NCBI GenBank assembly: GCA_963674825.1
Contig: OY771587.1
Span: 3,264,001 to 3,328,000, forward strand
Origin: Candidatus Cloacimonadales bacterium
Lineage (GTDB): Bacteria > Cloacimonadota > Cloacimonadia > Cloacimonadales > JAIOQZ01
DNA length: 64,000 nucleotides
Reading direction: 5' to 3'
Made by a program: the position numbers and the translations under genes. Position 1 is the stretch's first letter. Each line of letters opens with the position of its first letter. The notes below the pieces were generated by a model. It ran no database searches. It was not told where the DNA came from and worked only from the letters and a program-made list of their open reading frames with translations. Positions 10,149 to 20,954 of this stretch are shown one piece after another.

Positions 10149-10305
10149 CTTTTTTTATCCAAACGAGATTTATAAGCACAATTTAACAGTAATTCCTTAT
10201 ACATGAAATTGCAGAAGCAATAGATTTGCTATATGGGTGAAGTAACATTCACAGAACGCAATAAATCCCTAAATAAACGACTCTACTCCCGGATATTGGG
10301 ATAAC

Positions 10306-11268
10306 TTAATACTCTTCCGTCTTAATCAGCTTGCCGGTGGGGTCGTAGTGCTCCTTGCTGGTTGGTTTACCACATTCGAAGTATTCGATTGTTTTTGCGC
10401 CGTTTTTCTTGATCGACTCTTCTTTGGTCTTTTGTTTGTCGGTGCCGTAATATCGGATAGTGGCAAGATGCCCGTCGCGATCGTAGATTTCGGCGCGGAT
10501 CATATCGCCGTTGTTGTTGAAAAAGCTTACCTTATCGAGCATGCCGTTGCGGTCGAACACTTCCTTGCGACAGATGTCGTTTTTTTCGAAATACTCAATT
10601 GTCTTTCTGCCGGTGCGTGAACAATACTCATTGAGTTTGAGCCGGCCCTTCTCGTCAAACTCTGTAATGCGATGGATATCACCGTCTGGCTTGAAGTATT
10701 CGCGCTTGATTTCCTTTTCCCGCTTATCGAAATACACGTTCTCGGTTTTCAGGCTGTCCTTGTCGAACAGCTCGATCATCTCGATGGATTTGTCTGGACG
10801 GTAATGCTCAATCTGTTTGGGGCTATCGGCCGGGAATCGCTCTACAACATTCATGACGCTGTCAGCGTCGAAATACGAGATAGATTCAATCGTATGGTCG
10901 TCATTGTACCATTGTATACGGTCCACTTTACCGTTTTTATAGAATTCCTTGGAGTAGATCGTTTTATCCGGACGTTCCCATTCTTTGCTGAGGATCACGC
11001 CGTTTTCATCATGGAATGTGCGGTAGAGGTTGCCGTCTTGAAGGAGTGCTTCAGTATAACGTAGGACATCATTTCCATCATAGTATTCGGTCTTGTACTT
11101 CAGGCTTTCTTCGTTCGTGTAGCGAATACCGGATTGGTAATCGGTGCGGACCGTTCTGCCGCCATATTTGTTCTTTGGATCAATCGTCTTGCCGTTTTTC
11201 GCGGAAAGATTCAAACCGAATAGCAGCAGGAATACAAGAAGCAGACTCGATGTACGCGATGTGATCAT
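10306..11268 (-). CDS. Secreted protein with MORN/YwqK-like beta-hairpin repeats
   Basis: Signal peptide; recurring [EY][YF][YF]DxxG motifs along the whole protein. Confidence 0.6.
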   Translation of the reverse strand: MITSRTSSLLLVFLLLFGLNLSAKNGKTIDPKNKYGGRTVRTDYQSGIRYTNEESLKYKTEYYDGNDVLRYTEALLQDGNLYRTFHDENGVILSKEWERPDKTIYSKEFYKNGKVDRIQWYNDDHTIESISYFDADSVMNVVERFPADSPKQIEHYRPDKSIEMIELFDKDSLKTENVYFDKREKEIKREYFKPDGDIHRITEFDEKGRLKLNEYCSRTGRKTIEYFEKNDICRKEVFDRNGMLDKVSFFNNNGDMIRAEIYDRDGHLATIRYYGTDKQKTKEESIKKNGAKTIEYFECGKPTSKEHYDPTGKLIKTEEY

Positions 11269-11571
11269 TGGTTCAACCTCCAGATCGTTATCCCATGAGT
11301 TAAATTCAACTCATCAGTATCGTGATGATTTTGTCAATTAATAGATATATCCAGCTTCGAGGTGAATTACCAGGAACTACATCTTTCGCGTGAATAACCA
11401 CTTGACGTATGAGGTGGATTCCAGCATATGGATGTTGCGCTCAAGGCGCAGATATCTTCAGATGAAGCAATGAAAAGAAAATGATTTCTGTCGATAAAAA
11501 GTGTTGACAGGAAATACCCCTAACCAATTCCTTACCTTTAAGTTGTGATTTAGAAAAAAACGGAGGAATAA

Positions 11572-11853
11572 ATGCCGAATCATAAGTCATGTGAAAAACG
11601 GTTGCGCCAGGATAAAAAGCGCGGAGCTCGTAATCACTACGTAAAAAGCACAATAAACACGCTGTCGAAGAAAATGCGCAGCGAAATCAGCCTTGAAGAG
11701 AAGAAAGAACTGATGAGCGATCTTTTCTCAAAGCTTGACAAAGCCGCCAAGCACAACACGATCCACAAACGCACCGCATCGCGTCGTAAAGCCCGGATCG
11801 CCAAGTATTTCAACAAGCTCACGGCGGAACAGCAGGAAAACAAATCCGAATAA
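11572..11853 (+). CDS. rpsT: 30S ribosomal protein S20
   Basis: MPNHKSCEKRLRQ...LDKAAKHNTIHKRTASRRKAR; GGAGG RBS; TTGACA at 11504. Confidence 0.95.
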   Translation: MPNHKSCEKRLRQDKKRGARNHYVKSTINTLSKKMRSEISLEEKKELMSDLFSKLDKAAKHNTIHKRTASRRKARIAKYFNKLTAEQQENKSE

Positions 11854-11891
11854 CGATCTCTGATCGTCGAGGAATATTACATTATAAAACT

Positions 11892-11921
11892 GGCAGGCAA
11901 TCATTCGCCTGCCGTTTTTTT
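11892..11921 (+). terminator. Intrinsic terminator after rpsT
   Basis: GGCAGGC-N8-GCCTGCC followed by GTTTTTTT. Confidence 0.8.
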
Positions 11922-11940
11922 CTGAAAGAAGGGACAGAAC

Positions 11941-12879
11941 ATGTTAGGAATCTTCAAATCGCTCAAGAAGCGGCTGGCAAAGACTCAGAATCAATTTGTA
12001 GGTAAGATCGCCGAAACCATCAGACTGCGCGGTAAGGTTGATGAAGACCTTATGGAAGAGCTGGAGGAAGTGCTCATTCAGGCTGACGTAGGCGTTGACC
12101 TGAGCATGGAAGTTATCGACAAGCTGCGTGAATATATACGATTACACAAAGAAAAAGATCCGAATGAAGTGGAAAAAGAGCTTATCCGCATCATCAGCGA
12201 AATCCTGATCGAAGAATACGCTGATGAGGAAGTGGAACACCCCATGACGGGAATCAAACCCTATGTAATGTTGTTTGTGGGTGTCAATGGTGTGGGGAAG
12301 ACCACCACCATCGGAAAACTCGCATCCAGATACCGCAGCGAAGGCAAGAAAGTTATGCTGATCGCGGGTGATACATTCCGAGCCGCCGCGATTGAACAGC
12401 TCGGAATCTGGGCTGATCGCTCCAAAGTCGAGATCGTCAAGAGCGAGCAGGGAGCCGATCCTTCCTCGATCGTGTACGACGGTCTTGTAGCAGCCAAGAC
12501 ACGCGGCATCGACGTCGTGCTGATCGATACGGCTGGACGCCAGCATACCAGAGTCAACCTCATGAGCGAACTCGGCAAGATCGACCGTACCATCAAGAAG
12601 GTGATCCCTGAGGCTCCGCACGAGGCAATCCTCGTCGTGGACGCTACGACCGGCCAGAACGCTATAACTCAGGCACGTCAGTTCAATCAGGCATCCTCTT
12701 TAAGCGGCCTGGCGCTTACCAAGCTGGATGGAACCGCCAAGGGCGGTATCGTTCTCGGCATCAAGCACGAGCTTGATATCCCGGTGCGTTTCATAGGCGT
12801 GGGCGAGCAGATCGACGATCTACGCGATTTCAACGCACAGGAGTTCTCGCAGGCGATCTTCGGCGAGCGGGAAGAATAA
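11941..12879 (+). CDS. ftsY: Signal recognition particle receptor FtsY
   Basis: GVNGVGKTTTIGK, DTFRAAA, DTAGR, TKLDGTAKGG. Confidence 0.97.
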   Translation: MLGIFKSLKKRLAKTQNQFVGKIAETIRLRGKVDEDLMEELEEVLIQADVGVDLSMEVIDKLREYIRLHKEKDPNEVEKELIRIISEILIEEYADEEVEHPMTGIKPYVMLFVGVNGVGKTTTIGKLASRYRSEGKKVMLIAGDTFRAAAIEQLGIWADRSKVEIVKSEQGADPSSIVYDGLVAAKTRGIDVVLIDTAGRQHTRVNLMSELGKIDRTIKKVIPEAPHEAILVVDATTGQNAITQARQFNQASSLSGLALTKLDGTAKGGIVLGIKHELDIPVRFIGVGEQIDDLRDFNAQEFSQAIFGEREE

Positions 12880-12984
12880 GCTTTACAAAACCGGAATAAA
12901 TCCGTAGTTCATCATTCAAGGCCCGGTTGATCACACGTGTGCTCAATCGGGTCGATACATCCAATATTCTCCACTGCGAGGTGA

Positions 12985-14475
12985 ATGATGAAAAAAACAA
13001 TCACGATTCTGATCCTTTTGTCTCTGGCACTTCTTTTCTGCCAGGACGACTATGAAGCCTGGAAGCGTCAGCAAGCACAGGAAATCGAGCAGTTCATCAG
13101 CGAGCAGGACGCCGCGTTTGTGGAGTTTCTGGAGAAAGACTGGGTCGGATTCCAGGCAATGGCTGGCCGGAAGCGTTTTCAAGAGCCAAAACCGGAGACA
13201 CCACCCGAGATCGAGCCTGTTCCGGTACCGGACATACCGGAGGGTCGTGAGACCGTGAAAATACCGCTTCCAGAGCTCAAACATGAGGTACGCCCTGTTG
13301 CGCTGGTTCCGGTCGAAGATCCATCCGGAAACGTCTCGATGCGCTCCTTCACCGATCCTAACGATATCCCCACAGCGGAAGAAGAGACCATCACCCTCGA
13401 TTTCTACGGCGTTTCCACGCAGATACGATACAAAGCATCTCAGGACGCTGATCCGATTCAATCCACCGATAAGGACGCCATCGCCGCGTTCTGGAAGAAT
13501 ACCGCTTCTGCCGATAACGACGACACGTTGGCCGATCTGCAAAGTCTGCGGTCCTCTCTTCAGATGAACGATTGGGCCTACATCGTCTATCTGAAAGTCC
13601 TTGGGGAAAACCGCTACGCCGAATCGCCCAACAGCGCGCTGCTGCTGACCTGGTACTATCTGGTAAAATCCGGTTATGGCATTCGGATTGGTTACGACCA
13701 GACAGGCGTTTTTCTGCTGATTGCCGGCAAGCAAAAGATTTACGGCTATCCGTACGTCGATATAGATAACGAAACCTATTACGCCATAACCTTTTCCGGT
13801 TATTCCCCTGAAGAAATCTATACTTATCGGGGCGAATACCCGGACGCGATGCGCCTTGTCGATCTGACGCTGAAGAGTGCGCCGGAATTCAATGACAGAC
13901 AAAACGAACGAATGCTCACTTTCTCCTATAATGATGCACTATACGAGATCCCGGTTCGTTATAACCTGTCTGCCATCGAGTTCTACAAAAGCTATCCGGC
14001 AACCGATCTGGATGTTTATTTCGAGACGCCGCTGACAGTCGAATCGGAAGCGAGTCTCACTGAGAAGCTCAGGCCTTTGCTCGAAGGAAAGAATGAAGCC
14101 GAAGCGCTCAACATGCTGCTTCGGTTCGTACAGACTGCTTTCCAATACCGTACCGACCAAGAGCAATTCGGTGACGAGAAGAGCTTCTTCCCGGACGAAG
14201 CAATCCACTATCCCTATTGCGATTGCGAGGATCGATCCATCCTCTTCGCGCGGCTTGTTCGTAATCTTCTGGGGCGAAAGGTGATCGGTCTCAAATATCC
14301 CGGGCATATCGCTACGGCGGTGCAGCTCGATGGCGAAATCGAAGGTGATACTGTAGAATTCGCCGACACAAAATACCTGATTTGTGACCCAACTTACATC
14401 AACGCCAACATCGGTGTCGCCATGCCCGATTTCAAAGATGTTGATCCCGAGGTAATACCGCTACACAAACTATGA
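12985..14475 (+). CDS. Exported protein with C-terminal transglutaminase-like domain
   Basis: Signal peptide; DCEDRSILF, YPGHIATAV, CDPTY give a Cys-His-Asp triad. Confidence 0.65.
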   Translation: MMKKTITILILLSLALLFCQDDYEAWKRQQAQEIEQFISEQDAAFVEFLEKDWVGFQAMAGRKRFQEPKPETPPEIEPVPVPDIPEGRETVKIPLPELKHEVRPVALVPVEDPSGNVSMRSFTDPNDIPTAEEETITLDFYGVSTQIRYKASQDADPIQSTDKDAIAAFWKNTASADNDDTLADLQSLRSSLQMNDWAYIVYLKVLGENRYAESPNSALLLTWYYLVKSGYGIRIGYDQTGVFLLIAGKQKIYGYPYVDIDNETYYAITFSGYSPEEIYTYRGEYPDAMRLVDLTLKSAPEFNDRQNERMLTFSYNDALYEIPVRYNLSAIEFYKSYPATDLDVYFETPLTVESEASLTEKLRPLLEGKNEAEALNMLLRFVQTAFQYRTDQEQFGDEKSFFPDEAIHYPYCDCEDRSILFARLVRNLLGRKVIGLKYPGHIATAVQLDGEIEGDTVEFADTKYLICDPTYINANIGVAMPDFKDVDPEVIPLHKL

Positions 14476-17165
14476 AGACAATATTATACGACTTCCGTGA
14501 CGACCTGATCCTTCGCGCGATCAAACAAAATCGTGATTCGCACGCAATTCTGGTTTTCACCAACCGCAAAAACCTTGTCCGCGCTCAGAAGATCGTTCAG
14601 CGCGAAGTACCGTTCGGACCACTGAAACTGGTTACGCTGGAGCAACTGACAGAGCAATGCCTGAAAGTGACCTCCCCGGTCTTGCGACGAGACCTTAGAC
14701 CGTTCTTACTCTGGAGCAGCCTGACCCAGGATGACCGCGAATGGCTCAACATCGCGTCGTTCCGCGGAGCGCAGACCTTTACGCGCAGATTCTTCCGATT
14801 GATGCAGGAGTGGCGGGACTACCGTCTTTCGCTTTCGATAGATTGGGACGAGCTGTATGAATCGAAGCTATCATCCGATACGATCCAATGGCAGCAGCAT
14901 ACCTGGGAACGGATTCTCGCGATTCGGGAGGCTTACCGGAAACATCTGACCGCCCAGAATCTTACCGATCCGATCTTTATAGCCGAACTGGAAAAACCGC
15001 ATGACCTGAGAGATTATCGCAAGATTCTGGTAGTCAATCCCTTCCGGTTGACACCGTTTGAGCATCAGATATTAGAGCTGTTCGAAGAGGGTATCGTCAT
15101 GCTCAAGGCAAGCCCAGGGTGGGTGAGAGACGGAGGATTGGTGCCGGAGCGGATCAGCTTCGATACGCTCGAAGAGACAATTACCATCGAAGTGGAGATG
15201 ATCGAACGCACCGACCGTATCTCGCTTGATCTGGCGCTACTCGGTAGGCTTCGAGAGGATAGCCGTGCGATCGTCGTGGATAACCAGATGCAAACGGAGC
15301 CGGTCTATCGCCTGGTTGATACCGTTGTCCTCGCTTCCGAGATGCAGGATCCTATTTCGCTGGATTCGGGCTACGTCTTCTTTGTCTCGATGCGCGATAT
15401 CGCGTCACAACTCGAATATCGGGATGATGATCCAGTGCCTCTATTTCCTGCCTACTTGCTGATCCGTGCGATGGAGTGCGACATTTTCCGCGGACTATTT
15501 TTTAATGGTGATTTCCACGCTGAACTGATACGCAAAGTAAAGAATGACAGTATCCGCGCATTGCCACTTGATTTGAACATCTTCAATGGGATTTCAAGCG
15601 ATTTCCATGATGAAATCAGAGCGCTTCTGTCGCTAAAAAGCATGCGTGATCTGAGCGACTATATCTCGCGAATTGTGCTCCGTATCGCGGATTACCTGAG
15701 CGAGAAGATGCTACGAATTCTTCTGGAAACGGCGTCGATCATGAGCAGGACTTCCACGGACATGAAGGGCGTGCAATTGCTGGATGCCTTTCTCGCCATG
15801 CTCGATACGAAGATGATGCACACTCGACGAGCTGGCGGAGCGTCGCATCTGATGACGCTTGCCGATACGGACAACCTGCCAGCGATGGGTGAGGTGCTCT
15901 TCATGAACATTCAGGAGGGTATCCTGCCGTCACAGAATCGCGCTACATACCTGTTCACCGACAACCAGCGCATGAAGCTTGGCCTTCCGACCGCAGATCT
16001 ACGTCGTATGCAAGAGTTCTATCGTTTCATTGCACTTTGCCTCTCCAGCGACAAAGTGACACTCCTTTTCCGCACCGATAATGACGCAAACCTGCACGTG
16101 AGCAGCTTTGCCGAAGCGCTGATGATCTATCGCGGTGCGAAGATCGCCAAGGCGGGTGATGCTTTCGCCTTTGCGGGTGACTACGCTGCGTATCTGAAAG
16201 GGCTTTACCGGACGCAACGCACCGATAGCGACGAGGTGGAACCGATACGAATTCCGCTATCACCCATGCTCGAAGATGGACGTCTTTCGCTTTCTTTCTC
16301 CGGGTTCCAGACGCTTCATCTGGATCCTGCGGCCTATTGCCTGAAGCATTTGGCGGGACTCAATCCACTGGAGATCACTGAAGAGCGCGGGTTGGACAAC
16401 CTGATCTTCGGCAACCTCGTTCACGAAGTGATGCAGAACCTGTTTCTTGAGTTCAACCGCATGAATCTGCAAGATCAGGATGTTCCGATTGAAGAACATC
16501 GTCTGAACGCGCTGATCGAGCGGCAGTTCGACTGGGTTATGCGCAACAGGAAGAAGTTTTACTACCGCATTCCCTGCGGCTATAGTCGAACCTACTTCGA
16601 GCATATTCTGCTGCCCTATTTGAGGGCTTCCGTAGCTGATTTCGTCGTGCAATTCGCCGCACTGGTACAAGCACCTTCGATTCGTCATTTCCGCTTCCAC
16701 ACCGAGTGCGGAAAGCCGATCTGCAGCATGTATCACAATCCACCGCTGGAGCTGAGGTACGAGGACGAAGACAGATCGCTCACGCTCGATCTCCACGGTC
16801 GAATCGATCTTCTGGCGCAAGACCTCTCGTCGAATCGCTTCTGGATCTTCGATTTCAAGACAGGCACCAGCAGCGGTTTCGATAAGGGCGTTTCACCATA
16901 TCAGTCGAGATTTTACGAGCGCATCCTCTTCGCCGACGAGACGGGGGAACCTTCCGCCCACGGGAGCTACGAATCGCGCTATTACTTTGTGATGGACAGC
17001 AAGCTGCTTCCCTTCAGCGCAAAGACATCCTGGGCAACCCTCAAGGTGATGATTGAAAACGCCTTCTATCCGGTCGTGATGAACGATTTCTTTACAGCTA
17101 CCAGCCGTACGGATGCCCGTAACCTGCCCTACCTGGATCTCTACGGAAAGCGAGGTGTGAAATGA
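14472..17165 (+). CDS. addB: AddB-like PD-(D/E)XK nuclease subunit
   Basis: C-terminal GNLVHEVM...GRIDLL...FDFKTG; coupled to the downstream AddA-like gene. Confidence 0.75.
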   Translation: MKTILYDFRDDLILRAIKQNRDSHAILVFTNRKNLVRAQKIVQREVPFGPLKLVTLEQLTEQCLKVTSPVLRRDLRPFLLWSSLTQDDREWLNIASFRGAQTFTRRFFRLMQEWRDYRLSLSIDWDELYESKLSSDTIQWQQHTWERILAIREAYRKHLTAQNLTDPIFIAELEKPHDLRDYRKILVVNPFRLTPFEHQILELFEEGIVMLKASPGWVRDGGLVPERISFDTLEETITIEVEMIERTDRISLDLALLGRLREDSRAIVVDNQMQTEPVYRLVDTVVLASEMQDPISLDSGYVFFVSMRDIASQLEYRDDDPVPLFPAYLLIRAMECDIFRGLFFNGDFHAELIRKVKNDSIRALPLDLNIFNGISSDFHDEIRALLSLKSMRDLSDYISRIVLRIADYLSEKMLRILLETASIMSRTSTDMKGVQLLDAFLAMLDTKMMHTRRAGGASHLMTLADTDNLPAMGEVLFMNIQEGILPSQNRATYLFTDNQRMKLGLPTADLRRMQEFYRFIALCLSSDKVTLLFRTDNDANLHVSSFAEALMIYRGAKIAKAGDAFAFAGDYAAYLKGLYRTQRTDSDEVEPIRIPLSPMLEDGRLSLSFSGFQTLHLDPAAYCLKHLAGLNPLEITEERGLDNLIFGNLVHEVMQNLFLEFNRMNLQDQDVPIEEHRLNALIERQFDWVMRNRKKFYYRIPCGYSRTYFEHILLPYLRASVADFVVQFAALVQAPSIRHFRFHTECGKPICSMYHNPPLELRYEDEDRSLTLDLHGRIDLLAQDLSSNRFWIFDFKTGTSSGFDKGVSPYQSRFYERILFADETGEPSAHGSYESRYYFVMDSKLLPFSAKTSWATLKVMIENAFYPVVMNDFFTATSRTDARNLPYLDLYGKRGVK

Positions 17166-20100
17166 TGATGACGCGCGTGGTCAAAGCCAGTGCCGGTACT
17201 GGGAAAACCTATCGCATCTCAGTAGAATTCATTGCCACTCTGCTACGGATGGGCTTGCAGACAGGCTATACTCGCGACGACATCTACCGCGAGATTCTGG
17301 TGATAACCTTCACTCGCAAGGCGACTTCCGAGATTCGGGAACGCATCTTCGAGCATCTCGGCATGATCGTTCGTCGCGAAGAGGGTTACCTGGATATCCT
17401 GCGGACAACGCTGGACGAGCAGCAGTTCGATTTCCTGCATCGTGTCTTCGACAGTATGCGCCGAAACAAACATCTGCTCATGATTCGCACCATTGACGGC
17501 TTCACGCAGCTTGTTTTCCAGCAACTGGTAGCGCCGGCCATGCAGCTCGACGATTTCACCGTGATCAACGACAACGACGACGAGGTATATCAGCTCATTC
17601 TGGAGCGGATAATCGAGGATAAACCATCGTTGGATGCCTTCTCGAGCGTCTTCCAGAAATACATCCATCGAGGCAAGGATCTCTCAGCTTACCGCAACCT
17701 TGTCAGGGGTATGATCGATAACCGTTGGCTGTTCGACATACGCAGCATGCTGGCCGCGACGCAAAGCACGGGAAACGCATATCAGCAGTATCGCCTCACA
17801 CTGGTTGATTTCATCGGTACCCGGCTCAGTCGCGATATCGCGCTTGGGGAATACTTCATCAAGAGCGATCTGAGAGCCGCCATCGAGCATGATGGAATCG
17901 ATTGGATGAACTTTGAGACAGTCATTCCGACAGCGCTGAACGATGATATGCTGCGGATTCACGCAGCGGGATTCCTGGCGGAGAAGATTTTCAGCAAACG
18001 TAAGACATCCGACGAACTGCGCGAGGTGTATCACCGGGAGGTGTTTCCGCATTTACTTCGGGGTGTCTTCGATGATATCCGCAAGGAAGAGACCACCATT
18101 CGCGGAATCGCGCAGAGCGTGTTCCACGAATACGATCGCATCAAGATGCAAGCACGCGAATTCACCCACAACGACATCCTATGGTACACCTACCAGATGT
18201 TACATCGCGATGAGATGGGGTTGATCGACCCCAGCAGCAACATGGTCACCAACCTTTTCTACGAGTTCCTCACGCAACGCATTCGCTACATCTTTATAGA
18301 TGAATTCCAGGACACCAGCATCCTGCAATGGAAGCTACTGGAGCCGCTGCTGATCGAATACGCCAGCGGCTATGGAACCGCGAATTACGGTGGGTTCATT
18401 ATCGTGGGCGACGAAAAGCAGGCGATCTATGGCTGGCGTGGGGGAGAGCGGGAACTGCTCGGTAAGATCGGTAGCGTATTCCCAACCGTCGAACAGGAGA
18501 CTCTTTCCACATGCTATCGTAGCCACAAGGGCATCCTTGATTTCGTAAACGGCTACTTCGGAGCAATTTCCCGAACACTCGGCGAGCATATCTGGCAGTA
18601 CGATGCAGTCGATCATTTGCCGTATAAAACCGCCGGCTACGTTGAGGTGCGGTTCGATCATTACAGCTATTCGAAGAACACGCCACGCAGCAAGGATCTC
18701 TGCTATAGCGATTTCGTGCAGAAAATGATTGCACCGCGTTTTGCTGTGGATGCCGAAAAGCCGCTCCGGATGCAGGATTCGGTGATTTTGGCGCGCACAA
18801 ACAAAGACCTCGATCGCATCGCGCTGGAACTGGACAGCATCGGGATCCCCTACATCCACGAATCGAGCGCGTCGCTGGCCGAACATAAGCTGGTCAAACC
18901 ACTGATTTTCCTGCTACGCTATCTTGCATGGTTCGATCTGCTCGATCTGCTGGTGTTCCTGCGCTCGGACTATTTCCTGATGAGCAATGAGCTCCTCACA
19001 CGCATTTTGCTCTGGTATCGCCGGAACAAGGACGGTGAGCACAGCCTCGATTTTCTCCGTAAGCTTGCAGAGGCAGTCGACGATCAATCGTTGAACGACT
19101 TGACTTCTGTCCTGGCCGATCAGATGGCAAAACCGCAACTCTATCGGGTTCTGGCGGAGACTATTGGAAGACATGGTTCCACCGGTTGGAATCAGGTTGA
19201 TCTGCGCAATCTTGCAAAGTTCATGGAGTACGTACAGCGATCCGATCAAGATAGCGTGTATGGTTTCCTGCGAGAGCTGGAGAAGAATAGAGGCGACGAC
19301 GCGCTGAGCCAGGTTGGCCTGGAAGAGGGTGACGCGATTCGCCTGATGAGCATCCACAAATCGAAGGGATTGCAGTTCGATAATACGTTCGTATTTCAGC
19401 AGTTCAGCAATCGTGGCGGCGGAAACGCAGGACTCCTGCGGCTGCAATCGTTCTATAGGCTTTCACCGGAGTCGGTTACTCCCGAAGAGCTGCTTCTATG
19501 CAACAGCGAATATGTCTCGCTCCTGAAAAACTGCCTGGAAGGTGCACATGGAACGCCATTCGAGCAGGCTCATCAGTTGATGCAGCATGATGATCTTGCG
19601 GATTTCACCGACCAGATCAACGCGCTTTATGTTGCGCTTACCCGTGCGAAGAACAACCTCTTTCTCTACGCAGTAATGCAAGCGACGGATATCATGGATG
19701 GAGTGAAGAAGGCACAAATCGAGAGCGGTACTCTGAAATCGCTGGCTGGATACCTGTACCAGGTACTCGAGAACGGAATCGATGAGGAATACATTTATCG
19801 TAGTGGTGAAATCACCGTTACCGGTGATGCTGAAGAAGTTACGCAACCCAGATCAAACGCGGAAGTCGAAACGGTCATGAGGTATTTAAATCGTGCGAAC
19901 GCATATCACGAAGATGTAATCTCCGATCCGCAAAACGCGCATCTGCTGATTGCATCCCATCGAAACGATGCGATCTCCCGTGGTGAAATCGTTCATCTGT
20001 GCCTGTCCATGATTCGGACGGGAACCCAAAAGGAATTTGAAGCTGCAAGGACCGCTGCTTATCGCGATTTCGGTGGCATCTACGGCGTTGAGGAGATCGA

Positions 20101-20386
20101 TAATTTGCTGGATCGGCTTCGCGAATGGGCGAAGAATTATCCTGATATCTTCTCTGCGAAGTGGACGCGTATATTCAACGAAATTCCCATTTTTGACGAT
20201 GATGGCAGCGAATACCGCATCGACCGGCTTCTTATCGATGATGAGGACAAACAGATCCTGATCGTGGATTACAAAACTGGTGGAATTTCTGAAGCCTGGC
20301 AGGAACGAAAATACGTTGAAATCGTTATGCAGATAGTTGGTGGGGAATATACGGTTGAATTCCGGTATGCTGAGGTGAGAGTTTAG
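17162..20386 (+). CDS. addA: AddA/RecB-like UvrD helicase-nuclease
   Basis: ASAGTGKT, TFTRKA, IDEFQDTS, VGDEKQAIYGWRGG, SIHKSKGLQF, YVALTRAK; C-terminal RIDRL...DYKTG nuclease. Confidence 0.88.
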   Translation: MMMTRVVKASAGTGKTYRISVEFIATLLRMGLQTGYTRDDIYREILVITFTRKATSEIRERIFEHLGMIVRREEGYLDILRTTLDEQQFDFLHRVFDSMRRNKHLLMIRTIDGFTQLVFQQLVAPAMQLDDFTVINDNDDEVYQLILERIIEDKPSLDAFSSVFQKYIHRGKDLSAYRNLVRGMIDNRWLFDIRSMLAATQSTGNAYQQYRLTLVDFIGTRLSRDIALGEYFIKSDLRAAIEHDGIDWMNFETVIPTALNDDMLRIHAAGFLAEKIFSKRKTSDELREVYHREVFPHLLRGVFDDIRKEETTIRGIAQSVFHEYDRIKMQAREFTHNDILWYTYQMLHRDEMGLIDPSSNMVTNLFYEFLTQRIRYIFIDEFQDTSILQWKLLEPLLIEYASGYGTANYGGFIIVGDEKQAIYGWRGGERELLGKIGSVFPTVEQETLSTCYRSHKGILDFVNGYFGAISRTLGEHIWQYDAVDHLPYKTAGYVEVRFDHYSYSKNTPRSKDLCYSDFVQKMIAPRFAVDAEKPLRMQDSVILARTNKDLDRIALELDSIGIPYIHESSASLAEHKLVKPLIFLLRYLAWFDLLDLLVFLRSDYFLMSNELLTRILLWYRRNKDGEHSLDFLRKLAEAVDDQSLNDLTSVLADQMAKPQLYRVLAETIGRHGSTGWNQVDLRNLAKFMEYVQRSDQDSVYGFLRELEKNRGDDALSQVGLEEGDAIRLMSIHKSKGLQFDNTFVFQQFSNRGGGNAGLLRLQSFYRLSPESVTPEELLLCNSEYVSLLKNCLEGAHGTPFEQAHQLMQHDDLADFTDQINALYVALTRAKNNLFLYAVMQATDIMDGVKKAQIESGTLKSLAGYLYQVLENGIDEEYIYRSGEITVTGDAEEVTQPRSNAEVETVMRYLNRANAYHEDVISDPQNAHLLIASHRNDAISRGEIVHLCLSMIRTGTQKEFEAARTAAYRDFGGIYGVEEIDNLLDRLREWAKNYPDIFSAKWTRIFNEIPIFDDDGSEYRIDRLLIDDEDKQILIVDYKTGGISEAWQERKYVEIVMQIVGGEYTVEFRYAEVRV

Positions 20387-20410
20387 CGGGATATCGCTGT
20401 TATAGGTTAA

Positions 20411-20692
20411 TTAATAACGGTGTTGAAACGAGTTTCTCGGGCGAGGAGCTCGTTCACGTGCACCGTCAACTTTCAAATTTCTTCCACCGAACATAGAATC
20501 GTTCAGTGCGGTAATCGCGGCCTGCGCACCCTCATCGTCCATTTCGAGGAAACCATAGCCTTTCTTCTTGCCGGTTTCGCGATCGACAATGAGTTTTACA
20601 GATTCGACGGTTCCGTATTGCTCAAACAGTTCCTGAATTTCTTCTTCGCTTGTTTGATACGGTAAGTTGCCGACATACAGTTTTTGACTCAT
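20411..20692 (-). CDS. RRM-domain RNA-binding protein
   Basis: RNP2 LYVGNL and RNP1 KGYGFLEM; AAGGAG RBS before ATG 20692. Confidence 0.93.
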   Translation of the reverse strand: MSQKLYVGNLPYQTSEEEIQELFEQYGTVESVKLIVDRETGKKKGYGFLEMDDEGAQAAITALNDSMFGGRNLKVDGARERAPRPRNSFQHRY

Positions 20693-20954
20693 TCGTAGTC
20701 TCCTTGTAGAGTAAGTATCTGGGTGATTCGCAGGATGACTATAGAAAAATTTCAAAAGGCAATTGTATTATATGCGGCAATTACCGATGAAAACTATAGG
20801 CACCTGGAGATCTACGACATCCCGCTTTTCAAAGAACTCACGCCTAGTAAATTTATGTGTCAATTCCTGTCCATGTTTTTTTTTCAATACCTCAAAAAAT
20901 CTTAAAAACTTAGCCGGATTATACCTTATTGTTTTCCAGACCGTTATAGACATC

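Noticed and set aside
10072..10305. Second tRNA-Asp as an attR duplication of an island
   Set aside because: The copy is full length and adjacent, with no integrase or arm-like repeats.
11345..11468. SAM-I riboswitch-like fragments (TATCCAG, GGTGGATTCCAGCA, AGATGA)
   Set aside because: Lacks the GAGGGA/GGCCC kink-turn region and GCAACC, and it lies upstream of the rpsT promoter rather than a sulfur or methionine gene.
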